From Polyangiaceae bacterium (lineage in GTDB: Bacteria > Myxococcota_A > Polyangia > Polyangiales > Polyangiaceae), in NCBI GenBank assembly GCA_044222475.1, contig JBGANF010000021.1, positions 1 to 64,000 of the forward strand: a stretch of 64,000 bases of DNA. Reading direction: 5' to 3'. This document shows, in pieces, positions 1 through 13,322 of the stretch (its first letter is position 1; each line of letters starts with the position of its first letter). Under the pieces are notes generated by a model. It had not been told where the DNA came from, ran no database searches, and saw only the letters and a program-made list of their open reading frames with translations. The translations under genes were made by a program, and so were the position numbers.

Positions 1-998
1 TCGAGCTCGTCGGGTGGGACCCACACGCCGAAGAGCGAGATGAGGACGATGATGTACGCGGGGACGAACACGCTGAACGCCGCCGACGTCGCGAAGCGCT
101 CGATCCCGAGCGAGAACTTGTAGCGAGAGACGTAGAGGTCGTCCCGATCGAAGCGTGCAGGGTACATGTGTCGGTAGGACTTCGCTCCGACGCTGTTGAC
201 GCCCCAGCCGGCGATCGTGAAGCCCTCGTCGAGCGACGTGCGCTCCTGGTAGGGCTCGAGGATGAGCTGATCGACGCCCGCCCGGAGATCTTCGAGTTGG
301 ATCGTCAGGAACTGCCGGTCGAACGGGTAGCGGCGCAGGTCGACCGGGCTGACGAACTCGCCGTGGTAGCGGAAGAGCTTGAAGGTGGGCGTGTCGGCGA
401 TGACGGTCTCGGTCACGTCCTTGCCGTTGGTGAACGTGAGCGAGATGGTGCCCATCTCCTTGTCGGCGGTGAGCGAGAGGAAGAAGTCGGCTTCGAAGGT
501 GCCGGTCTGGATGTCGTAGCCGCTGATGTCGGCCAGGACGAGACCGACCTTGGCGGTCGCCGGACCGCCGAACTTGGGGTGAGCGAACGGCGAGCGGTAC
601 TTGCCGTCGCGATGGATGGGGACTTTGCCGGTGCCGATGGCCGCCTTCTCTTCGTCGGTCATGTCGGCGGGGAAGTCGTCGTCGGTCTGAATCGTCGCGT
701 AGTCGAGGGGGGACGCGTCCGGGGCGAACGCGGCGCCGGCGTCGGTCGCTGCCGTCGCCGCTTGCGCGTCGCGAGCTCCGGCATCGGTCGGCGTCGTCGG
801 AGCGACCGCCGACTCGTCGGCGTGCCCGGAGGAGAGCGCGGCACCGGACGGAGCCCCGGCGCCGAGGCCCGAGGGCGCAGGGGCTGGTTGGGCGTTCAGC
901 TTGCTCGCGAAGATCAGCACCCCGAGCACGGCCGCCACGACGAGGGACACGAGCTGGAGAGCGCGCGCGTTCTTTCCAACGGTTCTGGGGCGCGCCAT
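1..998 (-). CDS. Prokaryotic pentameric ligand-gated ion channel (GLIC/ELIC-like), partial, runs off the left edge
   Basis: Not in the ORF track. Manual translation from ATG at 998 is open to base 1: hydrophobic N-terminus, Ala/Pro linker, beta1-2 'AKVGLVLADISGYDIQTGTFEADFFLSL', Pro-loop 'DLRRYPFDRQFLTIQLE' (312-341), 'GWGV', then pre-M1/M1 'IERFATSAAFSVFVPAYIIVLISLFGVWV'. Confidence 0.85.
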   Translation of the reverse strand, partial: MARPRTVGKNARALQLVSLVVAAVLGVLIFASKLNAQPAPAPSGLGAGAPSGAALSSGHADESAVAPTTPTDAGARDAQAATAATDAGAAFAPDASPLDYATIQTDDDFPADMTDEEKAAIGTGKVPIHRDGKYRSPFAHPKFGGPATAKVGLVLADISGYDIQTGTFEADFFLSLTADKEMGTISLTFTNGKDVTETVIADTPTFKLFRYHGEFVSPVDLRRYPFDRQFLTIQLEDLRAGVDQLILEPYQERTSLDEGFTIAGWGVNSVGAKSYRHMYPARFDRDDLYVSRYKFSLGIERFATSAAFSVFVPAYIIVLISLFGVWVPPDEL

Positions 999-1024
999 GC
1001 GAGGGGGGCGAGCGTACCCAGGCC

Positions 1025-1176
1025 GGGACCGATTTGCCAGAGGTTGGGCGGTTTCATGCTCCGGCGGCTATAGTTCGCGCGATGGGGTTCCGCCGCGTGT
1101 GGGACCGATTTGCCAGAGGTTGGGCGGTTTCATGCTCCGGCGGCTATAGTTCGCGCGATGGGGTTCCGCCGCGTGT
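1025..1176 (+). repeat. Perfect tandem duplication of a 76-bp unit (1025-1100, 1101-1176)
   Basis: Unit gggaccgatttgccagagg...gatggggttccgccgcgtgt is repeated exactly and contains a TATAGT -10 box and the first codons of the downstream gene. Confidence 0.95.
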
Positions 1177-2333
1177 TCACCGCCACTTCTGCGCTCGCCC
1201 TCGCGCTCGCGCTGACGGCGCAGTGCAAGAAACACGAGCCGACCGCGGACCCGCAGCCAAAGCTCGAGGCGGAGGTCGTCCTGAGCGACGCGGCCCAGAA
1301 ATCCGCGGGAATCCAGGTGGGACAGGTGAAGGCGTCCCCCCGACGGAGCTCGGTGATCGCCGCCGGGATCGTCGAGTTCTCGCCGAGTCGCGTGGCGCGC
1401 GTGGGCCCCGTCGTCGATGGGCGGATCGTGACCCTGAAGGTGGACCCGGGGCAACGAGTGAAGGCCGGGGAAATGTTAGCCGGCATGCAGTCGGTGCAGG
1501 TCGGGCACGCCCGGGCCGACTACATGGCCGCGCAGGTCCGCCGCCAGCAGGCCGACCGCGAGCGCGCCCGCCAGGAGATGCTCGCCGACGGAGGCGCGAC
1601 GTCGATGCGCGATCTCGTGGCCGCGCAGACCGCGAAGGAGCTGGCCGACCTCGAGGCGAGGACCGCCGCCGAGCGCCTCCGCGCCGTCGGGGGCTGGGCG
1701 GGCGATCTCGATGCCGACGGCGGCGGCGCGATGTCCTCGTCGATCGCCTTGACCACTCCACTCGCCGGCGTCGTTCTCGACGTGAACGCACGCGTGGGCC
1801 AGCCCGTGAGTCCCAGCGACACGCTGTTCGTCGTGGGCGAGATCGACCGAGTCTGGCTGGTCGTCGACGTCTACGAGCGCGATCTCTCCAAGGTCCACGG
1901 CGGGGACACGGTCCACGCGTCGGTGCTGGCCTATCCCAATCGTACCTTCGAGGGACGAGTGGACTACGTCGGCGGGATCGTCGACCCGGTGCGGCGCGCC
2001 GTCGCAGCGCGAATCGTGATCGACAACCCGGACATGGTCTTGCGCCCGGGCATGAGCGTCACCGCGCGCGTCCTGCACGAGGACGTGGCGAGCGACGCCG
2101 GCACGTCGCTGTGGATTCCCACCAGTGCGGTGACCACCGTCGATGGACAGCCCTTCGTCTTCATGGAGAAGAAACCGGGCAACTACGAGCTCCGCGCAAT
2201 CGAGCGAGGCGAAGAGGTCGAAGGCGAGGTCGAGGTCACGCGCGGCCTCGCCGCCGGCGAAGCCATCGTGACGGAGGGGACGTTCATCCTCAAGAGCGAG
2301 CTGCTGAAGGAACAAATGGGGAAGAACGACTGA
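1158..2333 (+). CDS. czcB: CzcB-like RND periplasmic adaptor (membrane fusion protein)
   Basis: Signal/lipobox-like N-terminus (start moved to ATG 1158), lipoyl-like 'GQRVKAGEMLA', 'LRPGMSV', directly upstream of a CzcA homolog. Confidence 0.8.
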   Translation: MGFRRVFTATSALALALALTAQCKKHEPTADPQPKLEAEVVLSDAAQKSAGIQVGQVKASPRRSSVIAAGIVEFSPSRVARVGPVVDGRIVTLKVDPGQRVKAGEMLAGMQSVQVGHARADYMAAQVRRQQADRERARQEMLADGGATSMRDLVAAQTAKELADLEARTAAERLRAVGGWAGDLDADGGGAMSSSIALTTPLAGVVLDVNARVGQPVSPSDTLFVVGEIDRVWLVVDVYERDLSKVHGGDTVHASVLAYPNRTFEGRVDYVGGIVDPVRRAVAARIVIDNPDMVLRPGMSVTARVLHEDVASDAGTSLWIPTSAVTTVDGQPFVFMEKKPGNYELRAIERGEEVEGEVEVTRGLAAGEAIVTEGTFILKSELLKEQMGKND

Positions 2334-2337
2334 GCTC

Positions 2338-5388
<3,051 letters not shown>

Positions 5389-5401
<13 letters not shown>

Positions 5402-6534
5402 GTCTGAATGAGCGGCCCCAGCGACGCGTCGGTCTGCTTCTCGGCGGCGGGGCCCGCGACGTTGGTCGTCACCATGAAGCCCACGTTCTTCTGCGGTGCG
5501 AGCCACACGATCGCGTAGTTCATCGTGTTGCTCCCCGCGTGGCTCAGCGTGAGCCCGCCCGCCCACGAGCGCGTGCCGACGCCCCAACCGGCCGCGTAGT
5601 CACCGCCCGCCGGTGGCGCGTGCAGTCGCTTGATCGTCGCGGACTTCACGAGTCGATCCTCACCGCGCTCTCCCGCGAGGTGGAGCGACAGGAACCTCCC
5701 CCAGTCGCGAAGCGAGCAGTGCACCGTGCCCGCCGGCCCGAGCGAGCGCGGGTTGTCGGCGGACGGCCCGGGTGACACGGGGATGGGCGGCGCGCCTTGT
5801 TTGTGCCCCCACGGCTGATCCACCACGTTCGGCGTGCCCGCGGCACCGAAGCCGCACGACGCCATCGCGAGCGGCGCGAACAGACGCGTCTGCATCTGCT
5901 CTTCCCAGCCCTTGCCGTAGGCCTTCTCGAGCGCGAGGCCGACGATCATGTACCCCGAGTTCGCGTAGACGAACGTTCCTGGCGCTTGCGCGGGAGGCAT
6001 CGCGAGCATCGCGAGGACGGCTTTGCCCAGCGCGTCGGGCTTCGCGCCGTCGAGCCACATCTGACTCCAGATCGCCGGCGGAACGTCGGCGGGGGCACCG
6101 CCGCGATGGCGGAGGAGATCTTCGAGCGTGACTTTGGACCAACCGGGATCGCTCCCGGGGAAGAGCGCGCCGAGCGTGTCCTCGAGCTTCATCTTTCCTT
6201 CGTCGACCGAGAGCCCGACGAGCGTCGCCGTCATCGCCTTGGTGTCGGAGCCGAGGTGCCACTGGTCCTGAATCGTGACCGGCGTCGGATCCCCCTGCTT
6301 GCGAATGCCCGACGCACCGATGGCGACGAGATCGTCGCCACGGATGACCGCGCCCGCGATGCCTGGCAGCGCCCCCGCAGCGCGAAACGGCTCGAGCTTC
6401 GCCGAGACGTCGTCGGGGGTCTGGCCTGCGTCGACCGTCACGTCGGTCCCGGCATCCACGGAGGGCGGGGGCGTCACGGTCGCGGGGGTACACGCGGAGA
6501 TGACGACGACGACGGCGAGCACCGAGCTCCGCAT
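5389..6534 (-). CDS. Serine hydrolase, beta-lactamase family lipoprotein
   Basis: SxxK 'GSDTK', 'YAN', 'LSHAGS', lipobox 'ISAC'; start at ATG 6534. Confidence 0.85.
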
Positions 6535-6606
6535 GAGCCAAGCGTAGCCCAAGCCCGTCACGGCGATCACGGGACAATCGGTCCGCCGACGGATACAAGA
6601 GCGGCC

Positions 6607-7050
6607 ATGGCCGTCGACGTCCTGACCGAGCTCGTCATCCGCCGCCCGCCCGCGGTGGTGGCGGCCTATGCCGGCAACCCGGACCATGCGCCCGAGTGGT
6701 ACGCGAACATCGACTCCGTCGAGTGGAAGACGTCGCCTCCCCTCGTTCTCGGATCTCGGGTCTCGTTCGTCGCGCGGTTCCTCGGACGCCGGCTCGCGTA
6801 CACCTACGAGATCGTCGAGCTGGAGCCGAACGCCCGCCTCGTCATGCGCACCGCCGAAGGACCGTTTCCGATGGAGACGACGTACACGTGGGCGCCCGAG
6901 GGCGACGGCGCCACCCGCATGACGCTGCGCAACCGCGGCGAGCCGAGCGGGTTCTCCCGCATCGCGGCGCCGTTCATGGCGGCGGCGATGCGACGCGCGA
7001 ACCGGAAGGACTTGGAGCTCTTGAAGCAGATCGTCGAACGACCGACCTGA
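6607..7050 (+). CDS. SRPBCC (polyketide cyclase/START-like) family protein
   Basis: '[11 protein letters not shown]...PEWY...[11 protein letters not shown]...[10 protein letters not shown]'; 147 aa from ATG 6607. Confidence 0.8.
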   Translation: MAVDVLTELVIRRPPAVVAAYAGNPDHAPEWYANIDSVEWKTSPPLVLGSRVSFVARFLGRRLAYTYEIVELEPNARLVMRTAEGPFPMETTYTWAPEGDGATRMTLRNRGEPSGFSRIAAPFMAAAMRRANRKDLELLKQIVERPT

Positions 7051-7057
7051 CGCGAGC

Positions 7058-8209
<1,152 letters not shown>

Positions 8210-8255
8210 GGGCGGACCTTAGCTCAAGGTGCGCGGCTGGTGTAGGCTCGCGGAG

Positions 8256-8801
8256 ATGCGATTCCTCGCCGCCGTGCTCGTCGTCGCTGCCGTGGGGTGC
8301 AAGAGCCCGGAGGAGCCCGGAGCCATGGTGACCGTTCCGCCGGCGACGGCATCGACGGCGGCAGCGTCGGCGAGCGCGTCGGCGTCCGCTGAGCCCGTCG
8401 CGAGCGCGTCGGCAGCCGACGCCCGTGCCCCCCGGGCGATCCGAGCGGGCAAGGTGCGAGCCCCGATCGCGAACGCCGCAGCGGCGCTGAAGACGTTCAC
8501 GCTGGCCTGGGACGAGGAGATCCTCCCGAACACGATCGCTGCGTCCCGCACGAACGACGTCCACGCCGGGGTGCGCGCGCAAGCGAAGCTCGGCGCGTGC
8601 CGCGACGGCTACGCCCGCGTGAAGAGTACGCTGGGCGCCGGCGAGGTCGATCTCGTGTTGTTCTCGGCGATCGCCGCGCTCGACCGACCCGGCGACTGCT
8701 GGGAGGTCACCATCCCGACGGGGCACTGGAACGAGATCCTCGGGTACCTGGATCCGAAGACCGGCGCCCTGATCCTCGCGTGGCTGGTCCCCGAAGGCTG
8801 A
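8256..8801 (+). CDS. Hypothetical lipoprotein
   Basis: Lipobox 'AVGC', Ala/Ser linker, small Cys-containing C-terminal domain. Confidence 0.65.
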   Translation: MRFLAAVLVVAAVGCKSPEEPGAMVTVPPATASTAAASASASASAEPVASASAADARAPRAIRAGKVRAPIANAAAALKTFTLAWDEEILPNTIAASRTNDVHAGVRAQAKLGACRDGYARVKSTLGAGEVDLVLFSAIAALDRPGDCWEVTIPTGHWNEILGYLDPKTGALILAWLVPEG

Positions 8802-8814
8802 TCCTGCGTCGCGC

Positions 8815-11394
8815 TCAGAAGAAGACCGGGTTCGAGTAGGCGAAGGGCTTTCGGCCCGGGTGGAGCGGCGCGAGATCTCCTTTGCCGCGCGCGTGAAAGA
8901 CGACGAAGCCGCGACCGCTCCCCTTCTTCTCCACCGAGACGACGTTCTCCCAGAGCTGCCCCGTGGGCGTCGATTTCGCGACGAGCGGCACGGTCGCCAC
9001 CGTCGCACCATCGACGATCACCTCGAGCTCGGTCGCTTGGACCCACGTCGGTGCGGCGACGCGAACGGTGAACGGCATCGTGCCTCCGGCGCCGTTCACC
9101 GTCTGCCCCGGTGCCTCGCCGTTCGGCCCCGCGACCGTCATGTACAGACCGCCCGAGATCGTGGCGGCGCCGGCTCGAAGGCCATCTCGCACCGCATCGG
9201 GGTCGAGCTTCTTCGGGTCATCGTGGCCGAAGCGGATGCAGGTCCGCGGGTAGCCTACCGGGCTCGTCCGAATCGAGTGACTGTCGGAGCTACCCACGGC
9301 CCAAATGCTCTTGCCCGCCCGGAGCAGCGCGAGCCAGTCGGCGACGACCTCGGTCCGGTTGTCGTCGAACGTCGAGTCGTTCGTCACTTCGATCGCCGCG
9401 AAGTCTTCGCTCCACAGCTTGGAGCTGCTGCCGACCTTGTCGCGGTCGAACTCGGCGGCGTCGAAGTACGCGCCGATGCCCCCTCCCCGCGGGTGGTTGA
9501 CGATCAGCACCGGCTTCTCCGGGAGCGCGTTCACGGTGGCGAACACCTCCTTCGGATCCTTCCCGACCCAGTCGACCGCGCCGTTGTTCTGCGCTTCCGG
9601 GCGAGGGACGATCGGGACGACGCCGAAGTGACCCCAGGTGAAGGTCGTCAGCTCCTCCGACGCGCCTCCGAAGGCCCAGCTCTCGAGCCCGAGCTTCTTG
9701 ACGACGGGCCCGAAGTCCACGACCCACTCGTGCTCGCTGGAGAACGGCACGTCGAGCCCATCGGCGATTGCGCCCTTCACCTTGTGCTCGACGGGATCCG
9801 ACGAGTCGGCCGAGTAGAACGAGTGGATGTGGAAGTCGGCGCACATGACGCCGGTCGTATCGACGGAGTGGACCATCGGCGCGTCGACGTCGACGGTCGT
9901 GCCCGCGCCGACCGTGACCTTCTGCGTCACCAGCTCCCACTCGTAGCCCCGCGAGACGATGACCTCGTGCTCACCGGGCGGGACCGGGAGCAGGCTCTCG
10001 CCCGTGACGGCGAAGTCCTGGTGGAGACGCCCGTTCGCCTCGTCGAGGGTGCCGAAGCTCGCCGAGGTCGGCGGCGGGGGCGCGGCCGCGATGACCTGCA
10101 CGCGAACCGGCACCGGACGCGACGTGTCGATCGAGTCGTGCGCCTTCACGCGAATGAACCCGGCAGGAGGAAGGGTGAGGTCCGCGGTCGTGGAGTCGCG
10201 ATCGACCTCGCTGGCGACCGCGGCGTAGCCTTTGAGGTACGTCACGACCGTCACCGCCTCGAGCGGGACGTGAAGCGTGTAGGCACCGAGCGAGTCGGTG
10301 ACGACGCGGGTGAGCACCTTCCCGTCCTTGGCGACGGCGTGGACGCGCACGCCGGGGACCGCGTTGCCGCTCGCGTCCTTCACCAACCCGCCGATCCTCC
10401 GCCCGGACGCGATGCCGTCGGTCTCGCGGATCGTCTGCCGAAGGCCGTCGATCCCCGGACCGCCGACGACGATCTCGGCCATGTCGAACGTTTGCACTTT
10501 GCATGCTTCGAGATCGCGGTCCGCGCCGTACACGTAGAGGAAGCCGCTCACGTCGATGCCGAAACCTGCGTTCGCCTTCGGAAACCGCAGGGCGTAGCTC
10601 GCCTCACCCGCGTCGTAGCCGAGCCACGACGCGGGGCTCTTCATCCCGTCGAAGCCGTCGTTCTCGGTGAACAGCTGGGCGCGGGAGGTGTGGAACAATC
10701 CCATCGTGGTACCGCCCAGAGACGTCGCGACCCGGAGCTCCTCCTGGTTCTGCGCGATCGTCACCCGGAGCACGATCTTCGAGCTGCCAGGGGCGAGCAC
10801 GTAGTCGTAGGCGACCGGCATCCCCCACTTCGCCCCGAACGCCGGCGCGAAGCGCTCGAGGAACGGGATGACCGCGAGCTTCCCGGCGACCCGGACGATC
10901 GCCTCCTTGCCGTCACTCCCGTCGGCGATCACGGCGACGCTCTCGGGCTTGATCGTCTCGGCGGCGAAGTCGAAGAGGGTCTCTCCCCAGCGGGAGGCGC
11001 CCTTGGGCCGCCCATCCGCGCCGACGACGTCGACCGCGATGACCTCGCCCCCGAAAGGCGCGTATCCGTCGGAGCCACCCTTGTCCTCGATGACGGCCGA
11101 GATCCGATCGTTGACGAGGACGAAGTCGCCGACCGCAGCCCGCTGCCGCGCGTCGGGTGCGTTGGTCAGCATCGCCGCCGTCAGGCGCCCGGCCCGGGCT
11201 TGCCCAGCGGCCTTCGCGCCGTAGGGGTCGGGGTGACCATCGCTAGCGCCGTTCGCGAGCGACGTCGGGAGCGCCGCGCACGCAGCAGCCGGTGCAGGTC
11301 CGGGATCCGAGGAGCAGGCGACGGCGAGGGCGAAGAGGAGCCACCCTCGATGTCGAGAGACGAAGGAGCGTGCGGCCATCATGTAAGGTGACAT
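8815..11394 (-). CDS. CehA/McbA-like PHP-domain metallohydrolase lipoprotein with a carboxypeptidase-regulatory-like domain
   Basis: PHP motifs 'DFHIHS', 'SEHE', 'NHP', 'SSDSH'; lipobox 'AVAC'. The true start may be 11382 or 11379. Confidence 0.8.
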   Translation of the reverse strand: MSPYMMAARSFVSRHRGWLLFALAVACSSDPGPAPAAACAALPTSLANGASDGHPDPYGAKAAGQARAGRLTAAMLTNAPDARQRAAVGDFVLVNDRISAVIEDKGGSDGYAPFGGEVIAVDVVGADGRPKGASRWGETLFDFAAETIKPESVAVIADGSDGKEAIVRVAGKLAVIPFLERFAPAFGAKWGMPVAYDYVLAPGSSKIVLRVTIAQNQEELRVATSLGGTTMGLFHTSRAQLFTENDGFDGMKSPASWLGYDAGEASYALRFPKANAGFGIDVSGFLYVYGADRDLEACKVQTFDMAEIVVGGPGIDGLRQTIRETDGIASGRRIGGLVKDASGNAVPGVRVHAVAKDGKVLTRVVTDSLGAYTLHVPLEAVTVVTYLKGYAAVASEVDRDSTTADLTLPPAGFIRVKAHDSIDTSRPVPVRVQVIAAAPPPPTSASFGTLDEANGRLHQDFAVTGESLLPVPPGEHEVIVSRGYEWELVTQKVTVGAGTTVDVDAPMVHSVDTTGVMCADFHIHSFYSADSSDPVEHKVKGAIADGLDVPFSSEHEWVVDFGPVVKKLGLESWAFGGASEELTTFTWGHFGVVPIVPRPEAQNNGAVDWVGKDPKEVFATVNALPEKPVLIVNHPRGGGIGAYFDAAEFDRDKVGSSSKLWSEDFAAIEVTNDSTFDDNRTEVVADWLALLRAGKSIWAVGSSDSHSIRTSPVGYPRTCIRFGHDDPKKLDPDAVRDGLRAGAATISGGLYMTVAGPNGEAPGQTVNGAGGTMPFTVRVAAPTWVQATELEVIVDGATVATVPLVAKSTPTGQLWENVVSVEKKGSGRGFVVFHARGKGDLAPLHPGRKPFAYSNPVFF

Positions 11395-11436
11395 GATGCG
11401 CGCGTCCCGGCGGTTCCGCGAATCGCTCGGAGTCGC

Positions 11437-12159
11437 TCAGATCCCGAAGGTGACCTTCGCCGCCCAGCTCCCCGGGCTCGGCATCTTGATCGACTTCACG
11501 GCGTCGACGATGCACTCCGTCTTGGCCGCGCCGTCCTTCGTCGTCGTCGAGACGCCGGCCGCGACGACCTTGCCTTCCTTGCCCGACGGCTCGACGTAGG
11601 CCGTCACGGTGAACTGCGCCCCGTTGGTACCGTCGGTGCACTTCTCGAGCGCTTCCTTGTGCTTGCCGACCGCGGCCGCGACCTTGTCGGACGGCCAGTC
11701 GAACGGGCCGCGCACGTTCTGATCGAGATCGAACCCGTAGCCGCTGTAGCGGACCTCGGCCTCGCCGCCGTCGGGGATGGGCCACTGCGCCGCCGTCACC
11801 GCGTCGAGCAGGCACTTCTCGGCGCCGTAGTCGCCGAGGGTCGACTGCTCGAAGTACGTCCACTTCACCTTGCCGTCTTGCCCGACGCGCACGAAGAACT
11901 TCACGTCGCCGGCGACGAAGCTCAGCTTCTTCTGCGCCTGCTTGCGGCACGCCTCGAATGCGCCGCCGAGGTTCACGAACGTCTTCTGGGTCGCCTTGTC
12001 GTCGATGGTGCCGAGCTCGCTCGCGACGCGGATCTTCGGACCGGTGGACGTGGCCGTCGTCGTCGGGACGGGGTCGGGGGCCTTCACCGGTTCTTCGTGA
12101 CCGCCACAGGCGGCGAGAGCGAGGACGACCGGCGCGACGAAATACGTGTACTTTCCCAT
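11437..12159 (-). CDS. Lipoprotein with tandem TonB-C/AgmX-PglI C-terminal-like domains
   Basis: Lipobox 'LAAC'; two repeats of C...V.F.V...G.V...C..DAV....P.P; start at ATG 12159. Confidence 0.6.
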   Translation of the reverse strand: MGKYTYFVAPVVLALAACGGHEEPVKAPDPVPTTTATSTGPKIRVASELGTIDDKATQKTFVNLGGAFEACRKQAQKKLSFVAGDVKFFVRVGQDGKVKWTYFEQSTLGDYGAEKCLLDAVTAAQWPIPDGGEAEVRYSGYGFDLDQNVRGPFDWPSDKVAAAVGKHKEALEKCTDGTNGAQFTVTAYVEPSGKEGKVVAAGVSTTTKDGAAKTECIVDAVKSIKMPSPGSWAAKVTFGI

Positions 12160-12161
12160 GA

Positions 12162-13304
12162 TCAACCCTTGAGCAGATTGGCAGCGATGACGATGCGTTG
12201 GATCTCGCTCGTGCCTTCGTAGATTTCGGTGATGCGTGCGTCGCGGTAGTGGCGCTCGGGCGGGTACTCGGTCGAGTAGCCGTAGCCGCCGAAGATCTGG
12301 ATCGCCTTGTGGGCGACGCGCGTCGCGGTCTCGCTCGCGTAGAGCTTGGCCTGGGCGCTCTCGCTCGAGTGGCGGACGCCGCGATCCTTCATCGCAGCCG
12401 CGCGCCACGTGAGGAGACGCGCGGCGTCGAGCTGGACCGCCATGTCGGCGAGCATGAACTGGATCGCCTGGTGCTTGTCGATCGTGACGCCGAAGCTCTT
12501 GCGCTCCTTGGAGTACGCGACGGCCGCTTCGAGCGCGGCGCGCGCGATGCCGAGCGCCTGCGCGGCGATGCCGATGCGCCCGCCGTCGAGCGTGGCCATG
12601 GCGACCTTGAAGCCGTCACCCGGGTTTCCGACGACGTGCGAGTCGGGCACGAAGCAGTTCTCGAAGAAGACGGTGCACGAGTGCGCGCCGTGGATCCCGA
12701 GCTTGTGATCGCGCGCGTTCTGCGTGTACCCGGCAGCGCCGCGCGGGACGAGGAACGCGGTGTGCTTCACCTTGGCGGCGCTGCGGTCGCTCACCGCGAA
12801 GACGATGATCCAGTCGGCGTGGGGACCGTTCGTGATCCAGTTCTTCGCGCCGTTGAGGACCCAACCGCCGTCCTTCTTGGTGGCGTTGGTGACCATCGTC
12901 TGCGCGTCGGAGCCGCTCATCGGCTCGGTCAGACCGAAGCAACCGAGCTTTGTTCCGCTCGCGACGTCTTTGAGGACCGTCTTCTTCTGCTCCTCGGAGC
13001 CGAACTTGGTGACCGGATCGCAGAAGAGCGAGTTGTTGACGCTCATGATGACGCCGGTCGACGCACATGCTGCGCTGATCTCCTCCATGGCGATCGCGTA
13101 GCTGACGGCGTCGAGGCCGCCGCCGCCGTACTGCTCGGGGACCATCATCCCGAGGAAGCCGAGGTCGGCCATGCGCTTCACGATTTCGTCGGGCCAGCGG
13201 CTCTCCTTGTCGATCGCGGCCGCCTTCGGGGCGACCTCGCGCGCCGCGAAATCGCGGGCGGTGTCGCGGATCATCCGCTGTTCTTCGGTCAGGTCGAAGT
13301 CCAT
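12162..13304 (-). CDS. Acyl-CoA dehydrogenase
   Basis: 'FGLTEPMSGSD', 'GAKNWIT', 'QIFGGYGY', 'IYEGTSEIQR'. Confidence 0.95.
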   Translation of the reverse strand: MDFDLTEEQRMIRDTARDFAAREVAPKAAAIDKESRWPDEIVKRMADLGFLGMMVPEQYGGGGLDAVSYAIAMEEISAACASTGVIMSVNNSLFCDPVTKFGSEEQKKTVLKDVASGTKLGCFGLTEPMSGSDAQTMVTNATKKDGGWVLNGAKNWITNGPHADWIIVFAVSDRSAAKVKHTAFLVPRGAAGYTQNARDHKLGIHGAHSCTVFFENCFVPDSHVVGNPGDGFKVAMATLDGGRIGIAAQALGIARAALEAAVAYSKERKSFGVTIDKHQAIQFMLADMAVQLDAARLLTWRAAAMKDRGVRHSSESAQAKLYASETATRVAHKAIQIFGGYGYSTEYPPERHYRDARITEIYEGTSEIQRIVIAANLLKG

Positions 13305-13322
13305 GGCACCACTCTTAGCAGC

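Noticed and set aside
168..1073. 301-aa plus-strand ORF
   Set aside because: It is the antisense shadow of the pLGIC gene and has no recognisable motifs.
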